Shown here: one piece after another, positions 9,358 to 17,476 of the stretch
Position numbering within the stretch: the stretch's first letter is position 1
How the letters are laid out: every line of letters starts with the position of its first letter
Position numbers and translations under genes: made by a program
DNA from: Nitrososphaerota archaeon
Lineage (GTDB): Archaea > Thermoproteota > Nitrososphaeria > Nitrososphaerales > CADDZS01
DNA: 37,966 nucleotides
Direction: 5' to 3'
Assembly: GCA_027886795.1 (NCBI GenBank)
Contig: JAPCJU010000001.1
Span: forward strand, 1-37,966
Notes under the pieces: generated by a model
What the model saw: the letters and a program-made list of their open reading frames with translations, nothing else
The model's database searches: none
What the model was told of the DNA's origin: nothing

Positions 9358-10644
9358 ATGCCAGAGACCGATAACCTTGCCGAAAAGACGATGGAAGTCT
9401 TCGAAGAAACTACAGGTAGCACACACGGATATACCAGCGTAACCGGCTACGCTGGTCTCCCAATTTTTTTTAGTTACATTCTAATACCAAATTCTGGTCA
9501 TTATTTGGCATCACATCCTGAAAGCGGACCAAACACTGGTTGCAAGATTGTTACGGCGTCAGACAAAGACGTTAGGATAAGATCGTTTCCTTTAGAGCTT
9601 ACAGAAAATCAAGATCATTTAGAAGAACAGGGGTTTCTGCAAAGTGAGCTAACAGATCTTCTGGAAATAATCACTTCGTTCAGTTTTCAGAAAGAGATTT
9701 CTCAAATAAAGGTCGATTCACGGTTTGATCTGGATGTTAGGTATTCCATTTCATCTAATTCCGACGGAAGACTCTCTCGAATCCCGCGATATTTCCTCAG
9801 GACAGAGATCTTCGCCGAAGACAAATTTAGCAAAAAGGGCGCAACAAGGAGTGTAAACATGGGTTGCTCCTTCGATTTCTCAATTCTCAAGTCTGGATTG
9901 CAAGCGCGCATGATCGATGCATCCGATGATGCTTCCGCTATGCTCAAAACAATCAAGCCTAATCTCGGATCCTGGCCAACGATATTCGATAATGAGCTAT
10001 CTGGTTTCTTCCTTCATTATGGTTTATCGCATTACGCCGAATCATATCCTTCAAGACCTCTAGGTACAACCACTGAACAGGAAAAGCCCGCTAGTGTCGA
10101 GGTCTGTGATGAGCCGCGCTTGCCTCTTTCATATGGATACTATGATTTCGATGATGAATCAAACGATTCGGAAAATCAGGTTCTGTACAATAATGAACAA
10201 TTCAAACAGGTTTTCACAGGCCAGCCCGAAATCTGGGGGACGGATATTCCATCGAACGGACATGCGAGATGTTCAAAATATTGGTTAGATACGCATTTGA
10301 GATCTTCCAATACGGTTGTGAAAGCCGGGGAAGCAACTATTGAAGAGATGCTGGTAGGTCCTGGTGTTTATGCGAAAGGATTGAGACAACTTACCATGGA
10401 TGAAAGGGGCGACTTCACTCTTTACCCTGAGGCTGCATTTATTGTACGCAATGGCGCCGTTCAGCAAGGCTTGGGAGCCTTCTCTTTGCAAGGAAACATA
10501 TTTGATTCACTAAGCGATGTCAAGCTCCTAAGTTGCGATTCGAAAATATTCTCTGCGTATTGTCCGTTTAACTGCAATGACATGGATTCCTGCCCCTCAA
10601 GTGTTTCATCACCAGCTTTATTGTTCCTGGAGCAGAAGGCATGA
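9358..10644 (+). CDS. TldD/PmbA-family protein, pair 2 (TldD-like position, metal site altered)
   Basis: ELSGFFLHYGLSHYAES lines up with EVSGTLAHELGHIFEAD of pair 1. H-Y-G-L-S-H at 10015-10032 lacks the Glu. Family-like C-terminus (FIVRNGAVQQGLGAFSLQGNIFD). Confidence 0.7.
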   Translation: MPETDNLAEKTMEVFEETTGSTHGYTSVTGYAGLPIFFSYILIPNSGHYLASHPESGPNTGCKIVTASDKDVRIRSFPLELTENQDHLEEQGFLQSELTDLLEIITSFSFQKEISQIKVDSRFDLDVRYSISSNSDGRLSRIPRYFLRTEIFAEDKFSKKGATRSVNMGCSFDFSILKSGLQARMIDASDDASAMLKTIKPNLGSWPTIFDNELSGFFLHYGLSHYAESYPSRPLGTTTEQEKPASVEVCDEPRLPLSYGYYDFDDESNDSENQVLYNNEQFKQVFTGQPEIWGTDIPSNGHARCSKYWLDTHLRSSNTVVKAGEATIEEMLVGPGVYAKGLRQLTMDERGDFTLYPEAAFIVRNGAVQQGLGAFSLQGNIFDSLSDVKLLSCDSKIFSAYCPFNCNDMDSCPSSVSSPALLFLEQKA

Positions 10645-12065
10645 GCGCAACGACAATCAACTCGGATGATCTGATTCGAGATATTGCAAACATAAGTTGT
10701 GGTCAATATGAGCTATTTTTTTCAGAGACACGAATAAGGGAGTTTTCCTTCGATAAGGAAAATCAGATCCCATATAGGTCGAAAGAAATTGTTGCATCTG
10801 GAACTTCTATTTCTGTTTTAGAGGATGGAGCAGGAGGGTACGCCTCGATCGGAGGTAGCCAGATTCGTTGCAACGTGTCGGGGCTTGTCAGAATGGCTCT
10901 TTCCAGCGCACACATCAGCAAGAACCATACGTCATCTCAAATTCAATACAACATGAGATCGACTGACTATGAGATGTTCCCTACAAGAACGGGAAAATTT
11001 ACAGATCATGAAAGCTTTTCAGAAGATCTGGAAAACACCGATCTGGAATCCGCCTCTAGCTTGATCAAAAACATTCTAAGTTTAAGAAAACAAGAGACTC
11101 CGAAAATATTCGGAAAGCTTCAAATCATAAGTGATGAGAGAAGGATTGTCAATTCGGGGGGCGGAGATTTTTCAAGATCTTCTAACCACTTCGTTATTCG
11201 GGTAAGCCAGAAGCTACCCAGTTCAGAATTTGAGAACGCTTACTCGATGGGCAGAGAACTCGACTTTGATAGAATTTCGAAAATTTTTGATACGTTTGAA
11301 AACTCCAAAAATTCAGAGGGATTTCGTAATGCGCCGAGCGGAGTTATGGACATAGTGTTGAGTCAGGCCGCTTTTTCGGCGATAATATTGGAGAGCTTTT
11401 TTAGGTATATGCGAATTATGCTAAGAGAAGCTGGAACAGTTACGGACCCTAGGGGTGAGCTAGTTTCAGATCCAGCTCTCAGTATAACCGTTGATCCGCT
11501 ATTGCTTGCGGGACTTTGCTCACGAAAATGGGATGATCATGGATGCGATTGTATCCCAAAGCAAGTAGTGTCGCGAGGAATTCTAAAGGATTTCATATCA
11601 GATCATGTTACTTCTTCATATAGAGGCATCGCCTGCAGCGGGAATGGGTTCCGATCGAATTGTCTTCCAAAGACAATGATGTCAAATATTGACCTCCCTT
11701 TTCTATCAGCTGCACTTGTCAGTCCGACTAATATTATCGTTTCATCGGAGAACGTGTCTGAAAACGTGGTACAGAATGTCCAGGAAGGAGTTTTCATATC
11801 ATCCGTTAGCGAGCCATTTGCGAGATTCGGGAAAACCGTGTTTCGGTGCTATGGTTCACGAAGAATAAAACAAGGCTCCCTTGAAGAAAGAGTGAATCAA
11901 ACATTCTTGATTTTTCCCGACATGCTCGCACCACTTCAGAGAATAACTATGGCTACGAAATCCACATCAGGTTTTCAGGTAATTTGCCCTGAAGTCCTAA
12001 TGGAAAAAGTCGAAATAAGATCGGACATCCAACCTGAACCCTGTTCAATGCCTTGCACAATTTAG
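10641..12065 (+). CDS. PmbA/TldE-like protein, pair 2
   Basis: ATGA start/stop overlap with the upstream gene (10641-10644). Contains GNGFRSNCLPK ... SPTNIIVSS ... EGVFISSV ... RRIKQGSLEERV, a PmbA-like C-terminal half. No HExxH. Confidence 0.7.
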   Translation: MSATTINSDDLIRDIANISCGQYELFFSETRIREFSFDKENQIPYRSKEIVASGTSISVLEDGAGGYASIGGSQIRCNVSGLVRMALSSAHISKNHTSSQIQYNMRSTDYEMFPTRTGKFTDHESFSEDLENTDLESASSLIKNILSLRKQETPKIFGKLQIISDERRIVNSGGGDFSRSSNHFVIRVSQKLPSSEFENAYSMGRELDFDRISKIFDTFENSKNSEGFRNAPSGVMDIVLSQAAFSAIILESFFRYMRIMLREAGTVTDPRGELVSDPALSITVDPLLLAGLCSRKWDDHGCDCIPKQVVSRGILKDFISDHVTSSYRGIACSGNGFRSNCLPKTMMSNIDLPFLSAALVSPTNIIVSSENVSENVVQNVQEGVFISSVSEPFARFGKTVFRCYGSRRIKQGSLEERVNQTFLIFPDMLAPLQRITMATKSTSGFQVICPEVLMEKVEIRSDIQPEPCSMPCTI

Positions 12066-12120
12066 CAAATGAGCTGAAGTTTGTCTAAAGCTGCATAACG
12101 AATCTATTTTCAGCCTAGTT

Positions 12121-13524
12121 TCATCCTGTTGAGAGGATTGCTTTTGTCAACCTCCGCTTCTTCTCGGTCGCAAGATGATGTATCAATTCGCAGTAGGTAG
12201 GATGCGGAAAAGGAAAATGCAAAAGGTCTCGAACCTTGATCTTCGACTTTATTGCAAAAGCCATGGCTGTCAAGACTTCTGATGCGTCAGGACAGACAAT
12301 GTGAACTCCCAAGATGGTATCTTCAACAGGATCTAAGACAAATCTCGCTAGTCCTAGAACATTCTCTCTTATCTGAGCCTTTGCGCAAGAAGAGATGGGT
12401 ATGTCAACTATTTCAAAAGGCCGTCCGCTTTGCTTAGCCGTATGAGTCGTGAGACCCACTGCAGCAAATTCTGGATAAGTTAGAATCTTTTTTGGAATCA
12501 ACTCGTAATCCATGGCGGTTTCTTCCCCCATACAATTTAGCGATGCCACTATTCCTTGTTCTGAAGCTATATTGGCCGACCAGCTTTTCCCTGTGACCTC
12601 ACCTGCGGCATAGATATTGTCCAAACTCGTCTGCATTTTTCGATTTGTCTGAATCAGTCCATCTTCAATTTTGACTCCAATTTTCGGCAAGTCCAAATTA
12701 GAGTAATTTGGCTTTCTGGAACTGGTGATTATCTTGTCGAAAGAGAACAACCTATGTTGATCAAACCGATCGAGTAATTCGACCTGTTTCGATTCTTTGT
12801 CCCTTGATATATCGAGAATTTGCGAATCGTTGATGAATTTGATACCTCTAGACTGCAGAAATAAAATCAGATAGTCAATTATATCTCCCTCCTCATTAGA
12901 TAGAATCGAATTCTCAAGCTTGATCACTGTGACATCGATTCCTAGTTCGTTAAGAGCGAACGCCAGTTCAACTTCTGAGAAGCCACATTCGATTAACAAA
13001 ACTGACCGAGGCAATTTCTCCCATTCCAACAAAACACCAAAGTTGTCCACCAAATTGTTGTTCGAAAATCGATCGTTGTTAGGAACTGACCCGGTGCATA
13101 TGATAGCATGACGGAATCGGATGGTTCTCCAACCGTCATTCCCTTCGACAGAAACTTCATTCCTGGAAAAAAATTGGGCTTCTCCATAAACAATATCGAT
13201 CTTTTCGTCCGCAAGACTCTTTCGAACCATTTCTGATAATGTCGGAACAAGTGTCGCACTAACAAAATGTGTGAGCTTTAGGAACTCCTCCTCTTTTTTT
13301 ATAGAAGGCGTTAAATTCGGAAATGATTTGCGCATTTCGACTAACTGCCTCGAAAAGAGGCATAATTTGGTCAGGGGGTAACAACCAGTGTTCAAGCATT
13401 GTCCTCCCAAGCGGCTCTTTTCGATGAGGACAATTCGAGCGCCGTATGCGGACGCCGTCGAAGCTGCAGACGTACCAGCAGGACCTCCTCCAAGAATAGC
13501 GAGATCGTAGATCAAGGTTTCCAC
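12121..13524 (-). CDS. pyridine nucleotide-disulfide oxidoreductase, dihydrolipoamide-dehydrogenase-like
   Basis: FAD fold LGGGPAGTSAA, redox-active C-x4-C (GGQCLNTGCYP), second dinucleotide fold, C-terminal dimerisation motif FPHPTYCE. Confidence 0.85.
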   Translation of the reverse strand: METLIYDLAILGGGPAGTSAASTASAYGARIVLIEKSRLGGQCLNTGCYPLTKLCLFSRQLVEMRKSFPNLTPSIKKEEEFLKLTHFVSATLVPTLSEMVRKSLADEKIDIVYGEAQFFSRNEVSVEGNDGWRTIRFRHAIICTGSVPNNDRFSNNNLVDNFGVLLEWEKLPRSVLLIECGFSEVELAFALNELGIDVTVIKLENSILSNEEGDIIDYLILFLQSRGIKFINDSQILDISRDKESKQVELLDRFDQHRLFSFDKIITSSRKPNYSNLDLPKIGVKIEDGLIQTNRKMQTSLDNIYAAGEVTGKSWSANIASEQGIVASLNCMGEETAMDYELIPKKILTYPEFAAVGLTTHTAKQSGRPFEIVDIPISSCAKAQIRENVLGLARFVLDPVEDTILGVHIVCPDASEVLTAMAFAIKSKIKVRDLLHFPFPHPTYCELIHHLATEKKRRLTKAILSTG

Positions 13525-13550
13525 AAATTAAGTTGAGCAAGAAAGGATTA

Positions 13551-14009
13551 TTAGCCGCAGCAGGTTGAATTCAGGGCGGCATTCTCTTCACTCAGTCTAT
13601 TAATCAATAACAATATCTTTTCTTCGCACTCTGAAGGACGCATCAAGTGATTGATTGATTCGTCATCAGGAATCTTAACCCTAGCGAACCAAGCGTTGCT
13701 ACTTTCAGGCATTATTGCTGCTACGGATTCCTTGTATCCGCTTAATTCGATGAGTTCTCCATTAATGGGAGAATACAAAAGGTCTACTTTTCTTGCTGAT
13801 TGCAACAATCCAAATGGCTTTTGTATTTCTATGCGAAATGGAGGAAAATTAATTAGGATTCGAGTGTCCTCTCCGACTAGAGAGCGCCAAAAGGCAGTAA
13901 GACCCAATACAATAGTATCATCGCTGTCAAGCCTTGCCCACGTCTGCAACCTGTCGTCGTAGAGATTTTTCTCGTTGAATGGAAATCCCCCGATCATCAC
14001 TTCTGACAT
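13551..14009 (-). CDS. glycine-cleavage H-like (lipoyl/biotinyl-fold) protein
   Basis: VLGLTAFWRSLVGE ... LLQSARKVDLLYSPINGELIE ... AWFARVKI follows the GcvH pattern (vGiT.fA...lG / ESvKa.sdiysPvsGe / gWl.k). Confidence 0.65.
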   Translation of the reverse strand: MSEVMIGGFPFNEKNLYDDRLQTWARLDSDDTIVLGLTAFWRSLVGEDTRILINFPPFRIEIQKPFGLLQSARKVDLLYSPINGELIELSGYKESVAAIMPESSNAWFARVKIPDDESINHLMRPSECEEKILLLINRLSEENAALNSTCCG

Positions 14010-14548
14010 GTGGGGTCCGTTTCTGCATTCCGTATTAAGGATTCAGCGGTTTGAAATTTTCCATTATCCACCTCAGAAAAAGTCTTCAATTATCAGAGAT
14101 GTTTTAGGCAACATATATTGCGAAGAGTTTTGTTGAGGTGTCAGGCCTCCTTTGTGCTGGCGTTGCCCTCCTCGAAATGGCTGACAATGAACTATTGGTC
14201 TGGCAGACCAATGTACGCTCACGGGCAAGAGGAATCTGTCAAGTATGTTAGGTTAGAGGAAGGAGCACGCGGGAAAAAGTCTGAAATTGAAAAAGCTCTT
14301 GAGAGGGCAAAGAGAAAAAGTAGTCCTAGACTCTCATAGAAGGGTAAGTGAATTCTTCGACGAAAAGACTCCCTCATCTTTCGGAGATACCAACGAGCAG
14401 GGCAAAACAAGAAATCGAAGACTTTGTTGTTGAATTAAGAAAAAAGGTCGCCTTCCCGGCTGCTCTAAGAGCCGCTGCTTCTTTGAATCGTTGAAATCGT
14501 TCAACTCGAAAAACTCTTCGCAGGGCTGCTCAAAAGCTTCAGGAGGCA

Positions 14549-14939
14549 TTGCTAACTTCCCATCTAGACAATGGGAAGAACTTCATTCCGAAGGATTCTG
14601 AATTTAGGCCTTTGGATTGGAATTGTTGGATAACTGACTTTGTTAAGTGCCCTGTTAGAACAAAATATTGGAAAACGATGGAAAAAATCCCGAAGGAAGA
14701 AATACTGAAAGAGAGTGGAAAGCTACTCTTTTTGGAGCTCAATGTCATAAGGCCTGGATTAATAGTGACTGTGGGCGGAAATGCGAGAAAGTACTTTAGG
14801 AAATATGTTTCGCGCTTGTTTCAAGAATGTCGTTTGTCACGTTCCGCACTACGCCCTTCGCAATTTTTCAGATGAAAGCAAGGAAAAATACATTCGGAAT
14901 TTTCGCGAGGTCTGCAAAATATCGCTCGAAACACCCTAG
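14549..14939 (+). pseudogene. uracil-DNA-glycosylase-superfamily remnant, frameshifted
   Basis: The first frame has WITDFVKCP ... ELNVIRPGLIVTVGGNARKYF, like UDG family 4/5 (yiTn.vKC / P.liv.lG..A). The expected C-terminal His motif appears only in another frame (NVVCHVPHYALRNF ..., stop 14937-14939). No GEAPG-type N-terminal motif was found upstream. Confidence 0.35.
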
Positions 14940-15183
14940 AGCGATTGTCGACGCAATTGCGATGATAAGTGCTGCCGCGAAAGCTTCTGTTTCAAAACTT
15001 GTGCTTTTCAACGTGATGATTGCTAGGAAGGCTAGGAGAACTGCGAGAATTGCGATTGCTAGATTTACGGAATCACCGAAGACGAATTTTCTCATGTCGA
15101 TTCTGCGCAGAGTGACGAATCGAATATCCTCGCCTGATAAGATCTTTGTCTATGTCAGAGCATTTCAGTCAACTATGCTGTGG

Positions 15184-15684
15184 CTAGCTGGCTGGAAAGT
15201 GATCCCGGCAGTAAAACTTCTTCATTATCAATCCCTTTGACATAACATGATCGGAACAAAGCGACTTCCGGCAAACTGAGCAGAGATTTCGGTGTCCCGC
15301 ACATAGGAGAGTACCGCAATCTTCGCATAGAAAGAGGACAGCGGCAGAAAGGATCTGGTCTTGACTGGAACAAGTGACTATTTCATCTGCAATGAAATTA
15401 TTGGTCGTCGATTGTAAAGTTCTGTGGTAGACTTTGCTTTTGTATCTGAACGCGGCAGAGTTATTGGAATATTCAGCAGCTTGATTGCAACTATCCGCAC
15501 ACCCTTCTCGAATGGTGCGAGGGTCTGTGTAGTGTATGATTTTCTTGTTCTGTGATCGAAAGTTTGATGGAGATGCTTGGCTATCTCGACCTTTGTGATC
15601 TTCTCCGCTTCGTAGCTGGATATTCACCGGGACAGCATCGAGTCTTGCAAGAGGCAGGCCCTTGCCTATCGTTGACCTCGGCAT
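15184..15684 (-). CDS. Cys/His-rich zinc-finger protein
   Basis: C-terminal CEDCGTLLCAGHRNLCSVCRKSLCSDH ... YCRDH gives the pattern C-x2-C-x4-C-x2-H-x3-C-x2-C-x4-C-x2-H. Same strand as the nuclease-like gene and 51 nt downstream of it. Confidence 0.45.
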   Translation of the reverse strand: MPRSTIGKGLPLARLDAVPVNIQLRSGEDHKGRDSQASPSNFRSQNKKIIHYTDPRTIREGCADSCNQAAEYSNNSAAFRYKSKVYHRTLQSTTNNFIADEIVTCSSQDQILSAAVLFLCEDCGTLLCAGHRNLCSVCRKSLCSDHVMSKGLIMKKFYCRDHFPAS

Positions 15685-15735
15685 TTCTTTTTGTTCAAGC
15701 GAAAAGCAATCAACAAAAATTCCAGATGGCCTTAT

Positions 15736-16412
15736 CTACGGCGCTACGCCCGATTTAACAGATATGTCGACCACTTCTCCTTTCTGTCCTTCCAACACCA
15801 CAACTCCGTGACTAGCTAGACTCACTGTATTGTACCAAAATTTTCCTTGGGTGAAGCAATCGTATTCTACAAAATAGTAGGGCGTATAGACTAGCTGCAA
15901 TTCAAGTAGTTCCAACTTCTCCGGGACTCTGATTCGGACCAATTTTCCAAGTCGCGCGAAAGAGGAACAGCGTAAACCGTTTTTTCGCCCACAGGTCCGG
16001 TAACAAGTTCTTTGCCGGTAACTCTCTTGAATTCGGCCCTGAATGCTCCGTCGAGTTCGTTTAGATTCCATGGGTACAATGAAATGAATTTGATTCCGTT
16101 GTCGTTATACTGCCGCTTTTTCCAAAGCATATTTTTCCTGTATTCGTTTCTCTTCTCAGCGTCCCCTACGTCGATTAATCCCCAGAATTCCACATAGACT
16201 CCATGATCGGGGAGGTAAAAGTCAGGATGGCTTATGCCCGACCTGAATGCAGACTTTGTGGTCTTGGCTTGATCTTCGTACGCGTATTTGATTCTATTTC
16301 CGTGAAAATAATCGGCAATCTGTTTCTCACCTTGACTTTTCACAATTTCACCTCGCATGGTTTTGCTCGGTACACCGTACTGTTTGTCAGAGGGAGTTGC
16401 CGCTTTATCCAC
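15736..16412 (-). pseudogene. PD-(D/E)xK (Vsr/RecB-like) nuclease-fold protein, split into two frames
   Basis: SQGEKQIADYFHGNRIKYAYE ... HPDFYLPDHGVYVEFWG resembles the nuclease module sGE..ia..L....i.y.yE...PDFyl....iyiE.wG. A second ORF (15736-16071) continues in another frame with LELQLVYTPYYFVEYD. The overlap contains a T6 run at 15980-15985. Confidence 0.5.
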
Positions 16413-16847
16413 AGCAAAAGCAAAAAAAGGCCGGTATATAGGCTCTCGATTTCGTTGTGATTATTAATCTCAATAGAGTAGTAATTAACGGTTCATTGCC
16501 TGCACCGCCTAAACAGTGTTCCTTATTCTGTATGAACTACCAGTGTAAGAGTTATTGAACTCGCGACAAGTCAAAAAATCTCTATTGGAATTGTCCTAAT
16601 TAGTCAAGTACTCATGCGCGTTTCCAAAATCTTAATCGCGTGGTTACCCATTTATCCCCTCGATGGAGGCCAACATCCACGAATCACCTGCCTAAGACTG
16701 TGTTGGACTGGCTTAGCTCATCCCATCACTGTAAGTCCTTGTCTTTTGCAGAAATACAACGTAGAAAATGATCTTCGTGATCAGACAAGGATCTATGACA
16801 TTCTCTTACTCACGCTCTTCCAAAAAAATGGTGGACCTTTACACACA

Positions 16848-17321
16848 TCACTTCTTGAGCCTTAACATTATGAGGCGGCTACTTCCATCTGAGTAATAAT
16901 CTCTGACAATCCTTTTTTTCCTGAAACCATGTCTGGTGTAAAAAGAAACAAGATACGGTTTGTCATCCTTCACATCAAGGATGTGTCCCTTCCTCGAATG
17001 AAGAGCAAGAACACGATTAAGAAGTCTCGTGCCAAGACCAGATCTTCGGAATTTTGAATCCACAAATAATGAACTGACATATATTCGTCCATCCCTTGTC
17101 GGCATAGCCATTGCGCCACCAATGATCTTTTTTTTGTAAAGAGCTTTGAAAGCAAAACAATAGTCAATTACGGGACGCCAATAGTATAGGCTGACCTTGG
17201 AGAATTGCATTTCGAAGCATTTCGCCTCGAGCTTCAAGAAGGGAACGGCATCTTCGATTTTTGCCTTTTCGATTCTTGTGTTTGAATTCTTGGACTTTTC
17301 TTTTCTATTTCGAGAGACCAA
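16848..17321 (-). CDS. GNAT-family N-acetyltransferase
   Basis: Acetyl-CoA-binding motif A-like LFVDSKFRRSGLGTRLLNRVL followed by FYTRHGF. Confidence 0.8.
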   Translation of the reverse strand: MVSRNRKEKSKNSNTRIEKAKIEDAVPFLKLEAKCFEMQFSKVSLYYWRPVIDYCFAFKALYKKKIIGGAMAMPTRDGRIYVSSLFVDSKFRRSGLGTRLLNRVLALHSRKGHILDVKDDKPYLVSFYTRHGFRKKRIVRDYYSDGSSRLIMLRLKK

Positions 17322-17476
17322 TTAGCACTCGGACAGAAAACCTTGGAGGACCAAAGAAAAACTGAAGGAGGAAGATATTGTTCCCGCCCAAGAAACACTA
17401 CCTTCACCCATCCTATTTCTCATCTAATTCTCTTGAAATCGTTAATATATGAAATAGTAAGACGTGCTCGCTTGCT

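Noticed and set aside
12252-13540. Track ORFs 12252-12437(+), 12920-13111(+), 12993-13265(-) and 13259-13540(-) inside the Lpd-like gene
   Set aside because: The 467-aa frame carries all the flavoprotein-disulfide-reductase motifs. These are alternative-frame or antisense artefacts.
16614-16865. 83-aa plus-strand ORF in the 435-nt gap between the nuclease-like gene and the GNAT gene
   Set aside because: It has unusual composition (Cys/Trp/His/Pro-rich with no pattern) and overlaps the GNAT stop. It is more likely non-coding spacer or decayed sequence.
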